Assembly: GCA_051294375.1 (NCBI GenBank)
Contig: JBJCIZ010000415.1
Location: 1-9,777, forward strand
DNA from: Paraspadella gotoi
Taxonomy: Eukaryota > Animalia > Chaetognatha
Length of the DNA: 9,777 nt
Reading direction: 5' to 3'
In this document: in pieces, positions 7,819 through 9,777 of the stretch
Numbering within the stretch: the stretch's first letter is position 1
Layout: each line of letters starts with the position of its first letter
Translations under genes and position numbers: made by a program
Notes under the pieces: generated by a model
Database searches by the model: none
The model's input: only the letters and a program-made list of their open reading frames with translations
Told to the model about the DNA's origin: nothing

Positions 7819-8314
7819 TTACTTATCCAAAAAAAATTGATTTCCTCATGTTAGAAAATTTTAATCTTGAATTAATTTTTTTTGTTTAGGAAAAAACCAG
7901 ACTGAGGTCAAATTTTATATTTGTATATTCAATTAATTTGTAAATATTTATCACAACTCTAATAATTATTAATTAAAAAAATCTAAAAATGATTAAATAT
8001 ATACACAAAAAATATTTATAAATTTAATAATAGTACAAATTATCAGAATAACAAAAAAGTAATGCTTAATATCACTATATCTTTCTTCTCGACTCCTATT
8101 TTAGATATTATTTGCTAATAGTGGGCCAACCGATCCAAAGCTACAATAATAAATAAAAACCAAAAAAATTAATTTTTGTTCTATAATAATATATGCAATT
8201 GAGTTATTCGGTAAAATTGCTAGATATATAGTAGGTATTGCCTACCTATTACATCAGTTGTTGCACATGTGACATTGCATGTAGTTGTAAATAATGGAAT
8301 TTATGTTTCATACG

Positions 8315-8530
8315 CTGCAGAGCCGGAACTCGTTTTTAGACAAATCAGAAGAAGCAGTGATTTTGTATTGGGAAGAAAAGCGCGAAATAAATGGCGATAA
8401 TAAAGTTTTTAAAAGAAGAGAGAGACATAGAGAGGACACAGAGAGAGACAGAGAAAGAGAGAGAAAGAGAAAGCTGGACAGCTCCTGGAAGGCAGCTGTA
8501 CAGTCACTGCAGAGCCTGAACTCGTTTTTA
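8315..8530 (-). repeat. Inverted copy of the CT-microsatellite unit, bounded by a 24-bp direct repeat
   Basis: The minus strand reads AAAACGAGTTC..(CT)n..AAAAACTTTATTATCGCCATTTATTTCGCGCTTTT..CAATACAAAATC, matching 635-855. CTGCAGAGCC(G/T)GAACTCGTTTTTA occurs at 8315-8338 and 8507-8530 (1 mismatch). Confidence 0.88.
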
Positions 8531-8587
8531 AAGGGTTCAGAAAAGACAGCAACTGACAAAAATAGGAAGAAAAATATATATATATAT

Positions 8588-8925
8588 TTCAAAGAAATAA
8601 AAGAATGGCAAAAAATGTTACAATTGTTTACAATACGAAATTTTTACAATTTTTTCCAATTATAGCTTGTAAAAGATTTTATTTTTATTTGTATTAAAAT
8701 TAAGATATAGCTTCTCATTAATAAGGTCTTTTGATTTCACATGTTTTTTATTGATTCAAAGATTTTTTTATGAATTTCATCTTCATTATTATTTACTGTA
8801 ATAGGTAAATTAGATTAAAGCATTTCTATATACTAATTTGGATATTATAATGAGTACTATAATCTCATTTGCATATTGCAGTAAATCATAATGAAGTGGA
8901 AATTCAAACAAAAAATACTTGAATC
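8588..8925 (-). repeat. Dispersed repeat copy A', inverted homologue of 44-370
   Basis: 8899-8925 is identical to 189-215 and is the reverse complement of 44-70. GTTACAATTGTTTACAAT, TTGTAAAAG, TATTTTTATTTGTA and TCACATGTTT match the reverse complement of 216-370 in order. Confidence 0.9.
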
Positions 8926-8929
8926 CAAA

Positions 8930-9213
8930 TCTAATATAAAAATTTCAAAGCTATTTCAACATGAAAAGCTATATCTAAATTTTTAATTTACTATGATCGA
9001 ACACTTTTATAAAACTTCATCGTAATTCATAATAATTTTTATTTAGAAAAAAACGGTAAGTCCCAGCCAAAACTATAAAAGCGCAGTAGTTTTTAACTTT
9101 TTATACAAAAAAGCGTGACGCCGACGCCGTCAACGACAACGACGACGTCACAAAGAAGCTGACCTGAATCAATATCGAGCCTGAACCGGCTTCGCCGGAA
9201 GGCTCGATAATAA
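8930..9213 (-). mobile_element. 5' part of a second Helentron/HINE-like element (lower boundary approximate)
   Basis: The minus strand starts TTATTATCGAGCCT-TCCGGCGAAGCCGG-TTC-AGGCTCGATA, a perfect 10-bp IR (9173-9182/9200-9209) with an inner CCGGC/GCCGG stem. A (GTC/GGC)n-type microsatellite follows at 9113-9150. Confidence 0.6.
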
Positions 9214-9266
9214 TTTAGAGTTTTAGAGTTTTAGAGTAATGATTTTCTAATTTTTGTCTCGATATA

Positions 9267-9368
9267 TTGAAATTGATATCAACAACGATTTTATTTCAGT
9301 AGAGAAACTATTATCGCTGATGAAGGCTTTTATTACTGAAATAAAATCGTTGTTGATATCAATTTCAA
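9267..9368. repeat. Perfect 35-bp inverted repeat with 32-bp spacer
   Basis: TTGAAATTGATATCAACAACGATTTTATTTCAGTA (9267-9301) is the exact reverse complement of 9334-9368. Confidence 0.97.
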
Positions 9369-9777
9369 ACTCTTCTAACAAAAATTTTAAAAGTGATAAA
9401 TTTTGAAGAGACATCATATGCAGAGTAGAGCGTTCAAATATAACAAAATCTAAGAAATTAAATTCCGTTCATAAATATTTTACTGTAATAAGGTCTGAAG
9501 AATTCGATGGTGAAGACCATTTTTTTGTATAATTTCATCTTTCTTGTCGGAAATGACGATTTTTAATGTATATAAAATGCTAATAAAATAGGGCAAACCT
9601 TATAAGTTATGATAAATCAAATTATTAATTTTAAAATAAATTTACATGAGCTTTTGAAATATAAAAATAAAGATCTATAAAAATATTTTGGTAAATTTAT
9701 TTCTCAATTTTAATTTTTATTAAAAGTTAGTTAGCTATATATTTATTAATAATTATGAATAAAAATTAGGCTAAAGT

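Noticed and set aside
8294-8665. 123-aa R/E/K-rich ORF
   Set aside because: It runs through a GA microsatellite and two repeat blocks, so it is a low-complexity artefact.
44-8925. Fold-back chimeric read explaining the mirror symmetry
   Set aside because: The centre and the intervals between blocks are not mirrored, and the outer blocks differ by many substitutions.
9214-9237. GTTTTAGAG resembling the start of a type II-A CRISPR repeat
   Set aside because: It is just an 8-bp unit repeated three times with no spacers.
9455-9610. Short patches resembling the hairpin repeat (TATTTACTGTAATA, AATTTCATCTT)
   Set aside because: Possibly a third decayed fragment, but the matches are short and AT-rich and cannot be distinguished from chance by eye.

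Overview
AT-rich eukaryotic non-coding DNA, probably invertebrate or insect-like, made almost entirely of repeats. I found no intact protein-coding gene, rRNA, functional tRNA or CRISPR array. The GC-richer core (~4735-7410, minus strand) is a heavily frameshifted, 5'-truncated Ty3/Gypsy LTR retrotransposon with RT, RNase H and integrase (HHCC, DDE and GPY/F remnants), followed by a polypurine tract and a probable 3' LTR. Around it lie a tRNA-Gly-like SINE (7497-7687, -), two Helentron/DINE-1-like non-autonomous elements (one carrying a ~73-bp tandem array), an 18-bp minisatellite, CT/GA-microsatellite repeat units and two long hairpins. Three homology blocks on the left recur inverted and in mirror order on the right, bracketing ~8.9 kb. 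A T-tract-CAG|GTAAGT motif at 2298-2314 resembles a recursive splice site. Dense single-base indels suggest low-accuracy long-read sequence. I see no support for a novel protein-coding system. The best leads are structural and need database or RNA-seq checks that I could not run.
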